From positions 12,060,451-12,124,450 of the forward strand of contig NC_134035.1 in the NCBI RefSeq assembly GCF_964204645.1: a stretch of DNA of 64,000 nt, given 5' to 3'. The position numbers and the translations under genes are program-made. Below the pieces are notes generated by a model. It was not told the DNA's origin and searched no databases. It saw nothing but the letters and a program-made list of their open reading frames with translations. Positions 51,511-64,000 of this stretch are shown in pieces. Numbering within the stretch: position 1 is the first letter of the stretch; the number at the start of each line of letters is the position of its first letter. The stretch comes from Tubulanus polymorphus. Taxonomy: Eukaryota; Animalia; Nemertea.

Positions 51511-51658
51511 AGACGAAAATATACGCAATATCCGTGTAAGATGATAACGAGAGAAATCCCACAATAAATTCAGCCAAAACGAGAAACTTGAATAGAAGAG
51601 TTATATATATTTGCGCCACGTTTCGGCTAAAGACTATTAGCCATCATCAGGCGTACCG
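51511..51658 (-). mobile_element. Diverged single-arm copy of the 15.7-kb hammerhead element family
   Basis: agacgaaaatatacgcaatatccgtgta..acgagagaaatcccacaataa..cgtttcggctaaagactattagccatcatcaggcgtac aligns with 15722-15868. Confidence 0.75.
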
Positions 51659-54600
51659 ACATCTCACCTCTCTTTCATTTGGTTTCACTGCGTTAACGGC
51701 ATGTAATGGCAAGGCCCACGTGGAAGCGCGCTCAAATACTTGTAAATTTGTTTGGTTCTCATTTTAAATCGGTTTTTTCTCCCTGATTTCATTGTTCTAC
51801 TTTTCCGTATGATAAATATTGAACTGAATTGAAGGGACACTGTTTGTGTGCACTATTCTCAACATACGTTTAATTCTATTATTCCGTGTTTGATATTTGA
51901 TGCAGAATATCACCTTGTGAAATACCGAACTGCGGCATCGAAATAAATTATCACACTTCACCCACCCTCAATTGTCATAACTGTCGACGTGTAAATGAAA
52001 TCGGTCCGAGCTAATTACTATTTTCATTTGAACGATACCGTAAACCAATCACGACTGTATCATGTAATCATTCCTTTTTAATTAGAAATCGCGAATAGAT
52101 GAACAGTTCTTATATAAAACTGAAGAATTGAATACTCCGATCATTTTGAAATGCTGCGTCACGAGAAACCAACTAAACACATTTTGTGAAATGAATAACA
52201 ATTTAAGGCGCTACCGCTGCGGGCCTATCTTTCGCTAATAAACATCGTCAGTTCTGAATTGTTTATCAATGTTTCTAGAACAATTCGGCGGTAGATGTAG
52301 TTTGTCAATGAATAACAACCTATTTCATCCTAATTATTTGCTATTGTTTGTATACGGACCACGTTAATCATCACAGCAGGATATTAAAGCTGTGTCGAGC
52401 CTGAAGCCTTGCACTGATGATGACGCTTTGCACAGACAATAATCAAATGACGATTCCCTCTTTAATATTTGTACACACGTGACGTCTAGCAATCCCGGCG
52501 GCGGCGGTGGCTGGTAGTGGTGGTGTATGTAGAGAGTAAGAGAGCTAGTCTAGAAGCGTTAGACACCAGCACCACCGTGTAATTAGCCATCGTAATCACG
52601 CACTTGACGGCGAGAGAAACGCCTAGCGCCTCTCTTAGTATATTTGATCGTCGAATCGTTATCGGTAAACATCGAGCAATCTGCTCGCGCGATATTCCTA
52701 GAGAACAACTGCCGAAAAACGTCCCCCGACCGGAAACGCCGTTTCCTTCATTAACGCGTATTTTATGTGCGCCGCGCGGACGCTCTGACGTTTTTACACG
52801 TCATCATACTTCCGGTCACTCGTAAAGCGACGTCAGATGCCCGCTAATTTGCAATTTTATGGACGCGTATTATTGCTGTACATGAGTCCAATAGCAACAC
52901 GGCATTATTTCTGTCTGGCATTCACGAAAAAACACACAAAATAAAGCCCCTTACCTGTTGAGAAAAAATATTATGAATGATTATGAGAGATCGGAATATA
53001 ATCGTGATTTATCAAAACTATACAGAGAAACAAAATCAATCTTCGTGAACAGAATATCTTTAGATACAAAAGCTCGGTTTCTATTCGAACAGAAGCCGAT
53101 GGCGCTCCGATGATTGAAGCAGTAACAGTAAATTTGTTAAACCGATTGCTAAATCGTTTTTATCAAAATTAGACATAGGGCTCCAGTTTTAGACGTAGGG
53201 ATAAAATCCAACATCAAAAAAGTGCGTTCGAAAACTATTCGTGAAATAATGTATCATTCGACGCGTGGACTTTATCCTAGTTCACCTTCTTCCTACCGTC
53301 GGATTCTATCTTATCCCTCGATACCAACACACCGACTAACGGTGCATCAAAGTTAACTTAATGTCGGTTTTCATACACGGAAATTCGTCAATTCGATGTC
53401 CGTGACCTTCAATGTTTCATTGCGGATGTTTTCTGTGTTTGTCAGCGGAAAAATTGACTCGGTGTCCTTGGCGACGACGACAACGACGTCGACAATGTCC
53501 ACTTTTGATCAAAGCCTATTCCCAGTATGTGACAGGGAGCAATTTCTTTGCGCATGTATATTTATACCTATTGACAGTTCAAGTGGATAATGTTGTCGCG
53601 ATTGTGTCGTCGCAAGAATCATCGCCAAACAGCCTGAATCATAAAGCTTATCATTTCTAGCGCGTGGATGCCCGCGTTGCGCGTCAACTTGTTTCTGGCT
53701 CGTTAGCGGATACCGCATCATTAACATCTAGTTCGTAATTGGCCCACGATTCGTGTGACAGAACCCATTTCCTTATCGCTACCGTTACTGGCGACACGTA
53801 AATAAATCTTCAAATATTACCACATTCCATCGTTTGAACTAATCCGCGACTGAAATATTACGAAAACGACGATAAAGGCATTTTTTCAGCGAGGTTGTGT
53901 GTTAATACTGGCCACGGGGTGTTGATGCAAATCATATACATTTCGTAGTCCTCGCCCCCTCACCCCCAATATTCCGGCACAAGATAATGAAAAACTAGAT
54001 TTTAAGTAAGTGACTTATTTATGTACTTAATGAAGTACATGTATATACTGAGTGACAAAAATCTTGGTCCATGTTTTACCAAACCATGCTTAATCTTAGG
54101 ACCGCATATGAAAGAAAAGCTTAGCTCTTCCTATTGTATTGGTTATACGTCAGATTATACTTCACGTCAGAGAACGGAACGTAAGCGTTATTGCGTTCTC
54201 TCACGAATTGTGGCCCGAAGACAGGGAAGAAAAAACTAAGGTCAGAGGAAACTTCTTTGCCTTTCGGACACGTATTAAAATGACTAGTTATAGAAATCCG
54301 CCGCGACAGTTTACCGCGTTGCGAGCCCGGGAAAAAATTCGAACCAGATGTTAGCGATTAGAAACCAGGCACTATTTAAAGAGCTGATACGACGTCCAGA
54401 TCAGTTAACGCGCCGACCGACAATGAGCCGTGGTTCCAATGAATTCGTTATTAATTCTGTCGATGGCCGACATTTTATCGAAAGAGAAAGAGGTTTTTCT
54501 CTGTCTGTGTAGAACTTCATCAATCATGGTCAACGTGTTTATAGTGTTCTCCGCGTTTATTTGTATATCTGGTTTATGCAAGCATGAAAAAAAAATAAGA

Positions 54601-55736
54601 CGCATTACTCGCAGGGGCCATTGGTACTGTTCAAATCTCGCTAAATCTCATTCATATCACGCGCTACTTCGCATTCGTCGAAGGAAACACGTAACATATT
54701 ACAGAGTATTTTTCGATCGATTTTGCCGCCGTTTGCGACGAATGATCAGTAAAGTACAAAACTTGAGTCTTGCAAATTAAGTAACTCAAAATTTTAGTTT
54801 TTAAGTTCTTTGTTCCGGGGTATAAATGAGAAATGGTCCACAAAACTTGGCAGTTAGTCATGACACGATCTTTGGATCAAGTTCCAGTAGTCTTTGAACT
54901 TGAATTGTGCGCATTTCATGACATGAAAATTTGATATTTATTTACGAAATAAACGCCAAAATTCACAATTGCAATTGTTATTTTAAACGCCAATTTCGAT
55001 GACGTAGTGCACATCGACTCACGCAGAACCCCCTCAATAACGCAATTTATATATAAACATGTGACATGTAACGGTTTTTACGGCGTCAGAAACTTTGGCG
55101 AAAAATTTCGAAATTTCAGAAAATGACAAAAACAAATCCGTCCACGTCGATGAGGCCTGATGAAGTCTGGACCGAAATCCAGACTGTCAACGATCGCCAG
55201 AGTATGATTAAAACGGGCGATCAGTCTCCGGATTAAAGTGTGTCACAGTTTAAGACATTAAGACTGCTTAAAGATAATCTCAACGGAGCGCTTCCCTGGA
55301 AACTGCGCGCGCACGGATCGAGGTGTATACGCTTCGCGTTTAATCCTATCTGATCTCTCTACACAGAATTCATCTAGAATACTGCGAACTTGATGACAAC
55401 ATTTACTGCTATAAAAACAACCTATTAAATTCTCAGTATACCATGCGTCGCACAGTGTGGATTTTTTTCATTCCAAGTTTCACACTTTTGTGCTTCCACT
55501 AGACCCAGTTCCACGCTTCTGCGGGTTTATCTTTGGATCGAGTACCAATGCTCTTGGAAGTTGAGATCAAGGGTCAGCGTTGCGCAGTTCTATACCCAAT
55601 CTATCAACTTACGACTAGTCTGATGATTTAAGACTACTTTCGGACTTAAGTCACGTTTGTGCTGTTGAATACAAAAATCTACAGGGCTAAGTAAGGAGAC
55701 AGCTTCTGAGTGGCTACGAATACACGTCGCTTTATT

Positions 55737-55970
<234 letters not shown>

Positions 55971-58187
55971 TATGTAGAATACATTTTTTGTCGTGTATTA
56001 TCGGTTGAATATGTTTGAATATTGATAATAATGCACTAAACGAGGAAATCACATCGCGTGCAATAAAATCTCAACGATATACGGATTCGTTTTTCGATTT
56101 TCCTTATTCTAGAACAGCCCGTCGTCACGAATCCAGTGCACAACGAAAAAAGAAGTACTCTACTCTCAAACGCATATTTCGTCGATAAAATCGGCCGTAA
56201 AATTCTAGTGGGAATGCGCGATTTTCGTCGTTACAAAATGTGTTTTTCTCGTTTGCGAAAATATTTTTTCTCTGAAAATTCAGCCGGAAGTTGTCGTCGG
56301 TAAAGAGTAGAGCCGCCATGTTGGATTTCTCGAATAGACTGTTTAAAGTGCTTCTTTCAGGGTATTTAATTTTTTTTGATATCCCTATCACAACCGTTTA
56401 AGTGGTTCTGCCAATCGAATTCCCCGGTTGTATTCGCTGAGTGATATTTCAGGCGAACGCCTAGCTGATTTTTTAACAGGAATTATTGTCTCGGGAATTT
56501 CCTCCGTTTCGTCTCTGTTTGAATGAAAACAGTTTCATCGTCGTTCGTTCGTCGTAAAATCTGTTTGATGCGTTCCCGCGTGTCGTGTGTCTCGTGAAGT
56601 GGCCATCATTTCACCTTACAGTTAACTGACTAATACCGACAAGATGAGTGCCGTCATTACCTGTAACACGATACTTTATTAGCTGTGTGCTGGACCGGTA
56701 GCGGTACAGTCGGTCAACCGTGCATTTTAAAGGCCGCATTGATAAACCTTGACTCTCAGTATACCTACTATACTCACTAGTGTTAACGCAGTCAGAGCCA
56801 AATTCGGAGTCGTCAAACAGCTGGAAACAGTTCAATAGTTGGGGCGAGTTCCACAGTCACGAGTCGGACTCAAGACCAGTCTGAGCCAATGTAACGACTG
56901 AAGACCAGATTTTGAGATCATTTTTGGTCTGAAGTCCCGACTATGGAACCAGACTCCAGACTCGAATCATTTACAGATCTAAAATAAACTGATACTTATT
57001 ATGGGCCTGGTAAGTCGGGAAGATACACGGTATCCGCGTAGGATGAATATACGACAGAAATCCCACAGTAAATTCCGCCAAAAATGTTAAGTTCTTGAAT
57101 AGAAAACTGACGCAGGCGCACTACGCCTGTGATGATGGCTAGCAGTCTTAAACCGAAACATAGCTCAAATATATATACACTATGGGTCCTATGGAAAGAA
57201 ATGGGAAAGTGAACTATTTTGATTCCGTTATCAGTAACACGCGACTGACCAACAGAAAAACTCAAATGTACTCTTGTTCTACTCAGAGATAATCGATCTG
57301 TATCGGTGTGCAACGCAGATCGCGTATAGATCAGCGACGAGCTGGCGGACAGCAAAATAAGAAATGTTAAATCCCCGTCGTTACTTCTCTGATCATATAG
57401 AGCTGTATCTGACAATGCACATAATACGTACACGTCATGGATTCCCGCTGTAACATATTATTGATTGTCAGTCTATAATCATCATTCGTGATGAGATCCA
57501 ATATTCCTTTCTAATTACCAATTAATTAATTAATTAATTAATTAATTACATTGATATTAGGTTGAATTCCGCAAGTTTCCAATAATACATACAAGGGATT
57601 CTATATTAGGATGTGTAGATAGATAGAAAAAGTAAGCGTTATGTGGTGCCTGGAAAAATGATTGGGGGTAGGGTAGATTGAGAGTTGTTATTCGGCGAGC
57701 AGAGTGTCACTCATCCAAGGATAGCCCAATGAGGTAGAAAACGATCTGCCTGTGCACAAATACTGATGACGTTTTAGAATCAGGCAGTAAAGGCTTTTTA
57801 ACGTTTTGATAGTATATGGTTTCGTCTGATATGGCGCCAGAAATGATCCGCCAGGAGGAGCCGAATCAGTAGACACGATATAGATTCGTATAAAAATGTT
57901 TTGTGGTGAACATGGGTTTATCAACTTCAGATCGCTTTAAAATCGCCTTCGTCGTGATCGTGTACGCTTTGTTTTCTCAAGAACGCTGTAATTGATGACT
58001 AGAGAAATTTCATTCCGCGAATGTTTTGAAAACATAAGAAATTAATGACTCGCTAATGACTGAAATACGGTGAAGTGCGCGCGTGCGTTTTTGTGTTGGT
58101 AAAATCAGAAACTCTTTTCTCGACGTCTCATCAATTCACTGAACGCATTCGTTGAACTTTTGATATTTACAACCAACACACAATCTT

Positions 58188-58534
58188 TCCTCTCTTCTCT
58201 TCTCTCATTTCCTCTCTCCTCTCTCCTCTCTCCTCTCTCCTCTCTCCTCTCTCCTCTCTCCTCTCTTCTCTCACCTCTCACCTCTATCCTCTCTCCGCAC
58301 TCCACTCTCCTCTCTCCCCTCTCCTCTCTCCTCTCTCCGCACTCCTCTCTCCCCTCTCCTCTCTCCTCTCTCCGCTCTCCTCTCTCCTCTCACCTCTCTC
58401 CTCTCACCTCTCTCCGCACTCCTCTCTCCTCTCTCCGCACTCCTCTCTCCTCTCACCTCTCTCCGCACTCCTCTCTCCTCTCTCATCTATCCTCTATCCT
58501 CTATCCTCTATCCTCTCTCCTCTCTCCTCTCTCC
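58188..58534. repeat. Polypyrimidine (CTCTCTC-like heptamer) low-complexity tract
   Basis: Seen directly; explains the LSPL/ERGE ORFs. Confidence 0.95.
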
Positions 58535-61154
58535 TGGAACGGACCGCTTTAATTGCGCTGTATAATTATCGTTAATCAAACTCGTAATCCCTTTCAGTTC
58601 TAATCTCCTCTCTCGACGAATTTGTGTGGTTCTTTTTACGAAGGAAAGCTAATAACACCACTAAAGTTGTTGGTAAAGATTAATGATAATAGTTGAGGAA
58701 TAGCTTTTTATTTCAATTTCCGATTCGAAACAATCATTAAACCTCAAATAAATTACCAGAATAGATAATTATACATATAAAAATGAATCTGCAACATTTT
58801 AGTATTACGTGATTTATGAATAAGCTGCTCTTATAGTAGGGAATTGCTATCTTACTTAGCGGTCGATGCTTTTGATTTGAAGTTAAGCTAATTTTTGTGT
58901 GACCCAAACAAATCCACATCACCGGGAATGAAACGGGGGGGGGGGTAAGCTTGACCAGCTCCTTGTGACGTTGATCTTACAATAAACACCTAATGAAGAT
59001 CACAGCATGTCTCGGGTATGAAACTCTGTCGAACTAATGTTTGAACATCGATCAAATCGAATAAAAACCTACTGCATTCAGTAATCGTGTGACAGGAACA
59101 GCAAATGAAGTAGTAATGTCTCAATGCGTGGGTGAATACTCGATGTAAACATCATCGGTCACTGCGCTGAAAAATATCTCGTCAGAAATACCTCGAGTCT
59201 AGAGTCAATCGACACCCCAACAGTTCAGTTCTACTATGAGATTGATTTTGGATCCAGTTAGTCAATTCGCAAGTTCGAGAGTGAATTTGACTGAAACCAA
59301 ATCGAAGTACTTCATTTCAATTCTAACTTCGGATTCAACTGCTTTCCGAACCAGTTCAGGACTGGCTTTAGATTAGATTCAGACTAGTTGAAAATGAACA
59401 ATTTTTCAAGTACTGGCAGTGCCGGATCCTGTGGTTTGCAATTATAGTGTTCGTTACCGATTCTTTACAGCTTTGTCTCGTAAAACTCAATTCATGAATC
59501 TCTTCCAGACACGAGAACAGAAACCTTACAACTGGAAAAATGGCTTGCGTTATAATATATCATGACTAATAAAATCTACCCAGTCGAGTTGTGGGCTATT
59601 TGTAATTCTTCATAATCGTTTTTTAATTTTGCAAAATCTAAAAAAATCGCTAATATTTCGTTTACGATGATTTTATAACAATACCACTTGCACGCGTGCT
59701 TCGAATAAGATTCCAATTACTTGGTAGGTGTAGTTATTCTAAAGTAATGTCATTTGAAATGATCGAACATTGAAGAAGAAGAGAAATTAGGAGAGGGTTC
59801 AATTCCACGAGCCGAACGTCGATCTCCTCTTGTTTTTACACTGTGCGGGTATTTTCTATTGGATCGGACCGGTCCTGGAGACCACTTTCACCGAACAAAA
59901 CCATCATGATCAAATTATGAAACCAATATAACTTTATTCGACTGTTTATGAAATCTATTGATGACGAAAAGAGAGACTCTCTATCTCTACATACGTGAGG
60001 TATGAAGGTATTTCTCCCATTAAACATCTGTTGCAAGTCGCTTTCGTAGACCGACCAGATGCACGTACATCCAATACAATACAACAACCTATTGATTATA
60101 ACTGGATTTTTCTAAAGGTTAGTGGCATAAATATTCGAAAAGTAATTTAGTGAAATTTGAATTCGCGTGTAAGACAAGGACTGGATATTCAGTATGCGTT
60201 CTACTTGTGTTACTGTTAGTTTACATTATTTAGGTTAATTGGATAATTTTGCTTCGATACTAAACGGAATAATCAGCTTATTATCATTGAAGGTATCACT
60301 TATTCCATACATCGTATATGCACTATTGCGATCAACCTGACAGAAATATTGAAATTATCCTGCATGATTACTATATAGTTACCAGAAAATGCTTCTTGAT
60401 ATCGCAGAAGAAATAAGGATAAACCTTGATAAACAGAATTGATGAATCTTTATTCATCAACGTTGTAATTATGTATACATGACATTTACAGTAAGTGTTT
60501 TACACTTGATAAATATCGTTTAAATTTAGAACCCAAAAAGCAATTTCCGTCACTTAGAGGCAATTTGCCAATACACTTTATGAAACTGTTGGGTATCGTA
60601 ACCATCAAATTAAAAGGTTCATCCGATTGATCGAACTAATAATTGAAATTTCACCGTTCACCCCTCCATCCTATTTTCGAGACGTGCCGAATCTGCCACA
60701 TGACACCAGTGAATCAACGACCTATGATTCCCGACCGGGTGATTTTTCGCGTCCCCGAAAATAAAAAGCAAAAAACCTGACGACGCTGATGGCGTGTAAA
60801 TGATTATACGTGATTTAGGCTCGGGCTCGGGGTCATTACGTATTGATCTATGACAAAATAATGACCAATAACCGTACAATTTATTGCATGAATGTCACTA
60901 GGTTTGATTGATATGTCAGTAGTGTATTTATTACATTAGGTCTCACTCTCTCTCTCTCTTTCTCTCTCCCTCACACAGTCACAGATCCGGTTCATTCAAA
61001 TTCTCTTTCACTCTGTTTTCTACTTCGTTCGCATTAGTTGAAATAGATACGGTAGGATCCATTTTCACATCTCTGTTAATATAAATCAGTTCGCTAAGGC
61101 TGCATATTGCATATTGAATTGTTCTATTTGAACGGCTTGCTTGATCAATGATTG

Positions 61155-61303
<149 letters not shown>

Positions 61304-64000
61304 CTTTTAAATTATAGCAAGATAGTTGCATGCACATGTACCAGGGGTCCAGTAACACGGTCAAGGCTTAAACTTAAGACCAGTCTAAACTCATTCCCGA
61401 TGGTTCAAACTCGTTTACGACTGTTCAACCGGGCCCTATATATATATTGGACATAATTAGCATAACATTACATAGCTTATGAACTGAATGCATGAGCCGT
61501 TAATGTCACATTCAAAATATCATTTCTTTTTAAAAATACGCCTCCACGTTCTAGTCAAGATTTCGTCATGTTCGCTGTAACCTTGATCGGCTAGAATTAC
61601 TGTTTTTGTTTTGGTTCATACTCGTACGGTGATATGAAACGTGCAGCGAGCGATCCCAGACAGAAACCTAACCGAAAAACGAAACTTTTAAAATCTTGAA
61701 AGTTGATACCGCGCAATCTTCGGTGTCGCCGTTTGCGTGGTGGTTTGAGGTTAGAAACATTTCACCGGAGACCTCTCGACTTTGTGGGGGTAGTTACTTA
61801 CAGCTTTGACGATATCCTATACATTCACTAGCCGAAATCTGCTATGCACTACCGAGTTAGCATTTCTATATTGAAAAGTATCGCTACATCTCAGCTCAAA
61901 ATATGAAATCCCACGGTACAAAAAGATTAAAAATAGAGCCTGAAGTTTTATATCGCTCTACACATTTCAAAGCGGTTTACAATAATAATATTTGAAGTAA
62001 TTTAAACATAATATTCTGATCACTGAATATTTCAGACTCGTTTCATGAAAGGATATATCGACTAATCGCCAATCAGTACTGTATGGTGGTTTAAACGGAC
62101 GCTTAAGACTTGAAAATTTGTTTTCTTTTAATCTCTAAAAGTTTTAGTAAATAACCATGAATATGTAATACGAACTTAGCCTTGAAACTGAATCTGAAAA
62201 CTTCTGCAGATAAAATCAATGACGTGCAAGTGAGTTATTAATATTTGAACTGAAGTTTAAATATATGGCATTAAATCTGAGTGGGAAGATCAGTGCCGCA
62301 TTTGGTGATTTTTATGTGACAGTGTTCCGCCCGCGAAGACTTTAATAATACAAAGTAACACGCTATAATCTTCTGTTTCTAATAGTATAACCATCATTTA
62401 GTGTCTGAAAAGACGAGAATAATTCATAGGATTTAACTGTGAATCGCACGCGAATGACTTCACAATCTGCAACCATCGTCATCATCACCGACCGCTCAGT
62501 TGATTGATCAGTTATGACTTAATCCCAACCGCTAGAGTTTGACTTAAAATTCGGTCGTCGGTTTGTACGACGCGCATCAAAATGGCGGCTTAACATTAGA
62601 CGTTTATGTTGCATAGTGAAATATTGATGATTATAGGTTTAAGAAATGTTTTTTGACGCCGTAAAGACCGTGACAATAATGTTCATATATACATTGATAC
62701 CTAATATGCGTTATGAGTGGTTCTGTGTGAGTCGATCGCACTGCGTCATCAATATCAGCGTCTCAAAATACGTAAGAATTGAAATTGTGATTTTTTGCGT
62801 ATTCATTATATTTCGCGACTCTCATCTTATTTTTGATACATTTCAATAATTATTTTGAGAGGATGTGCACTACGTCATCAATATATCGGGGCTAGACTGG
62901 TTGCCGGTCATTTCAATTCAATTATCGATGAAATACTAAAATCCAAAATAAGTTTATCGATCTTTGATATAATATAATCTATGTCACATTATCTATTGTC
63001 GACAATATCAAGCAATATGTGTTATTTTTCAAAGATGGTCGACTTCCGCACGTTGTACAGAGCACTGAACCCCGACCTTCACCTATTACGCGGACAAAAA
63101 TTATAGCTATCGTATGACAATGAAGTGAAAACATTTATACAAAACCGAAGAAAACTTTGACGAGAGGCTGTGAAGTGTATGAGAGCGCTGAGCTGTCGTC
63201 ACTGTCCTCGGTATCTATCAATGCGAGTTAAGATTTTCTGAGCGCATTTTTAGACTCGTACAGATTCGTGCTCTCGGGGTAACATTACAACTCTCAAAAT
63301 CATGTTCGTTCTATTCATACGCGTTGAATGTTTATTCAAGATTTCACCGACAGTAGAGTTTACGACTAACGAGGATTTTATTGTGATTTTACATTTCCCA
63401 CAGTACCCGTACCGGCTTCGTGTGTAGTTTGAGAATTGGTTTTTTTTCTACTGCCAGATATTTCAAAAGAAGAAAGCTATTCGTCACGTATAATAGAGAA
63501 GTCGATTTTAAGGATTCTTGAAGGAATCTGTTTTTCGAAATGAAATATATAGAAAATGGTGAAGCGACTATTATGTTTAAAGCGGTCTAAATCAAACTGC
63601 TATAAGGATTCCTCTTCTAAAGTCTATACGTCTTAAGCAAGGCAGTTTCATATTATGTTTGACGTAGAATACCTCGTTCTAATCACCTTTTTTTAATGCA
63701 ATATGGATACATCGAAAAATCATAAAGACCATCCAAAGCCTGAACGATCTAGAATATACACAGTTTATATAGTTTATTTGCTCGAGAATAAATACAATTG
63801 CAAAGAACACAAAATGTACGAATTCGATGCATGTTATACAAATACTTATAATTAATATGATAACAATAATTCTAAGCGAAGGATGATTTATTCAAGAATA
63901 TGGCTAATCTTATTAAAGTTTTCTGTCTGAATTTAGTAGTAGCAGCTGTAGTGTAACGTCAGTTCGATACCGTCAATAGTAACTTGTGAGATATTCACTT

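Noticed and set aside
55150-55190. CTGATGA followed by hairpin AGTCTGGA/TCCAGACT
   Set aside because: There is no GAAAC after the stem (the GAAA is in the loop); at best a decayed copy.

Overview
AT-rich eukaryotic genomic DNA with GT-AG introns, most consistent with a metazoan invertebrate (inferred from gene content; not identified further). The first 25 kb holds four protein-coding genes reconstructed by hand: a minus-strand LOTUS(OST-HTH)+RRM gene running off the left edge; a complete 14-exon SH3-PX-BAR sorting nexin (SNX9/18/33, SH3PX1/lst-4 family, about 537 aa); an intronless MS4A/CD20-like four-helix membrane protein with two PPPY motifs; and a 4-exon secreted 14-Cys follistatin/Kazal-like protein missed by the ORF track. 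The remaining ~38 kb has no recognisable coding exons and contains MITEs, SINE-like pieces and microsatellites. The most striking feature is a set of short ORF-less fold-back insertions carrying minimal type I hammerhead ribozyme motifs, with 12-14 bp target-site duplications, an unpaired 32-37 nt tail and a shared GTGGGWTT motif followed by a small hairpin. This architecture resembles Penelope-like retroelement ends. In one element (50787-51473) the ribozyme monomer is amplified into a 7 x 69-bp tandem array facing an eighth, inverted copy. All coordinates were counted by hand and no database searches were run.
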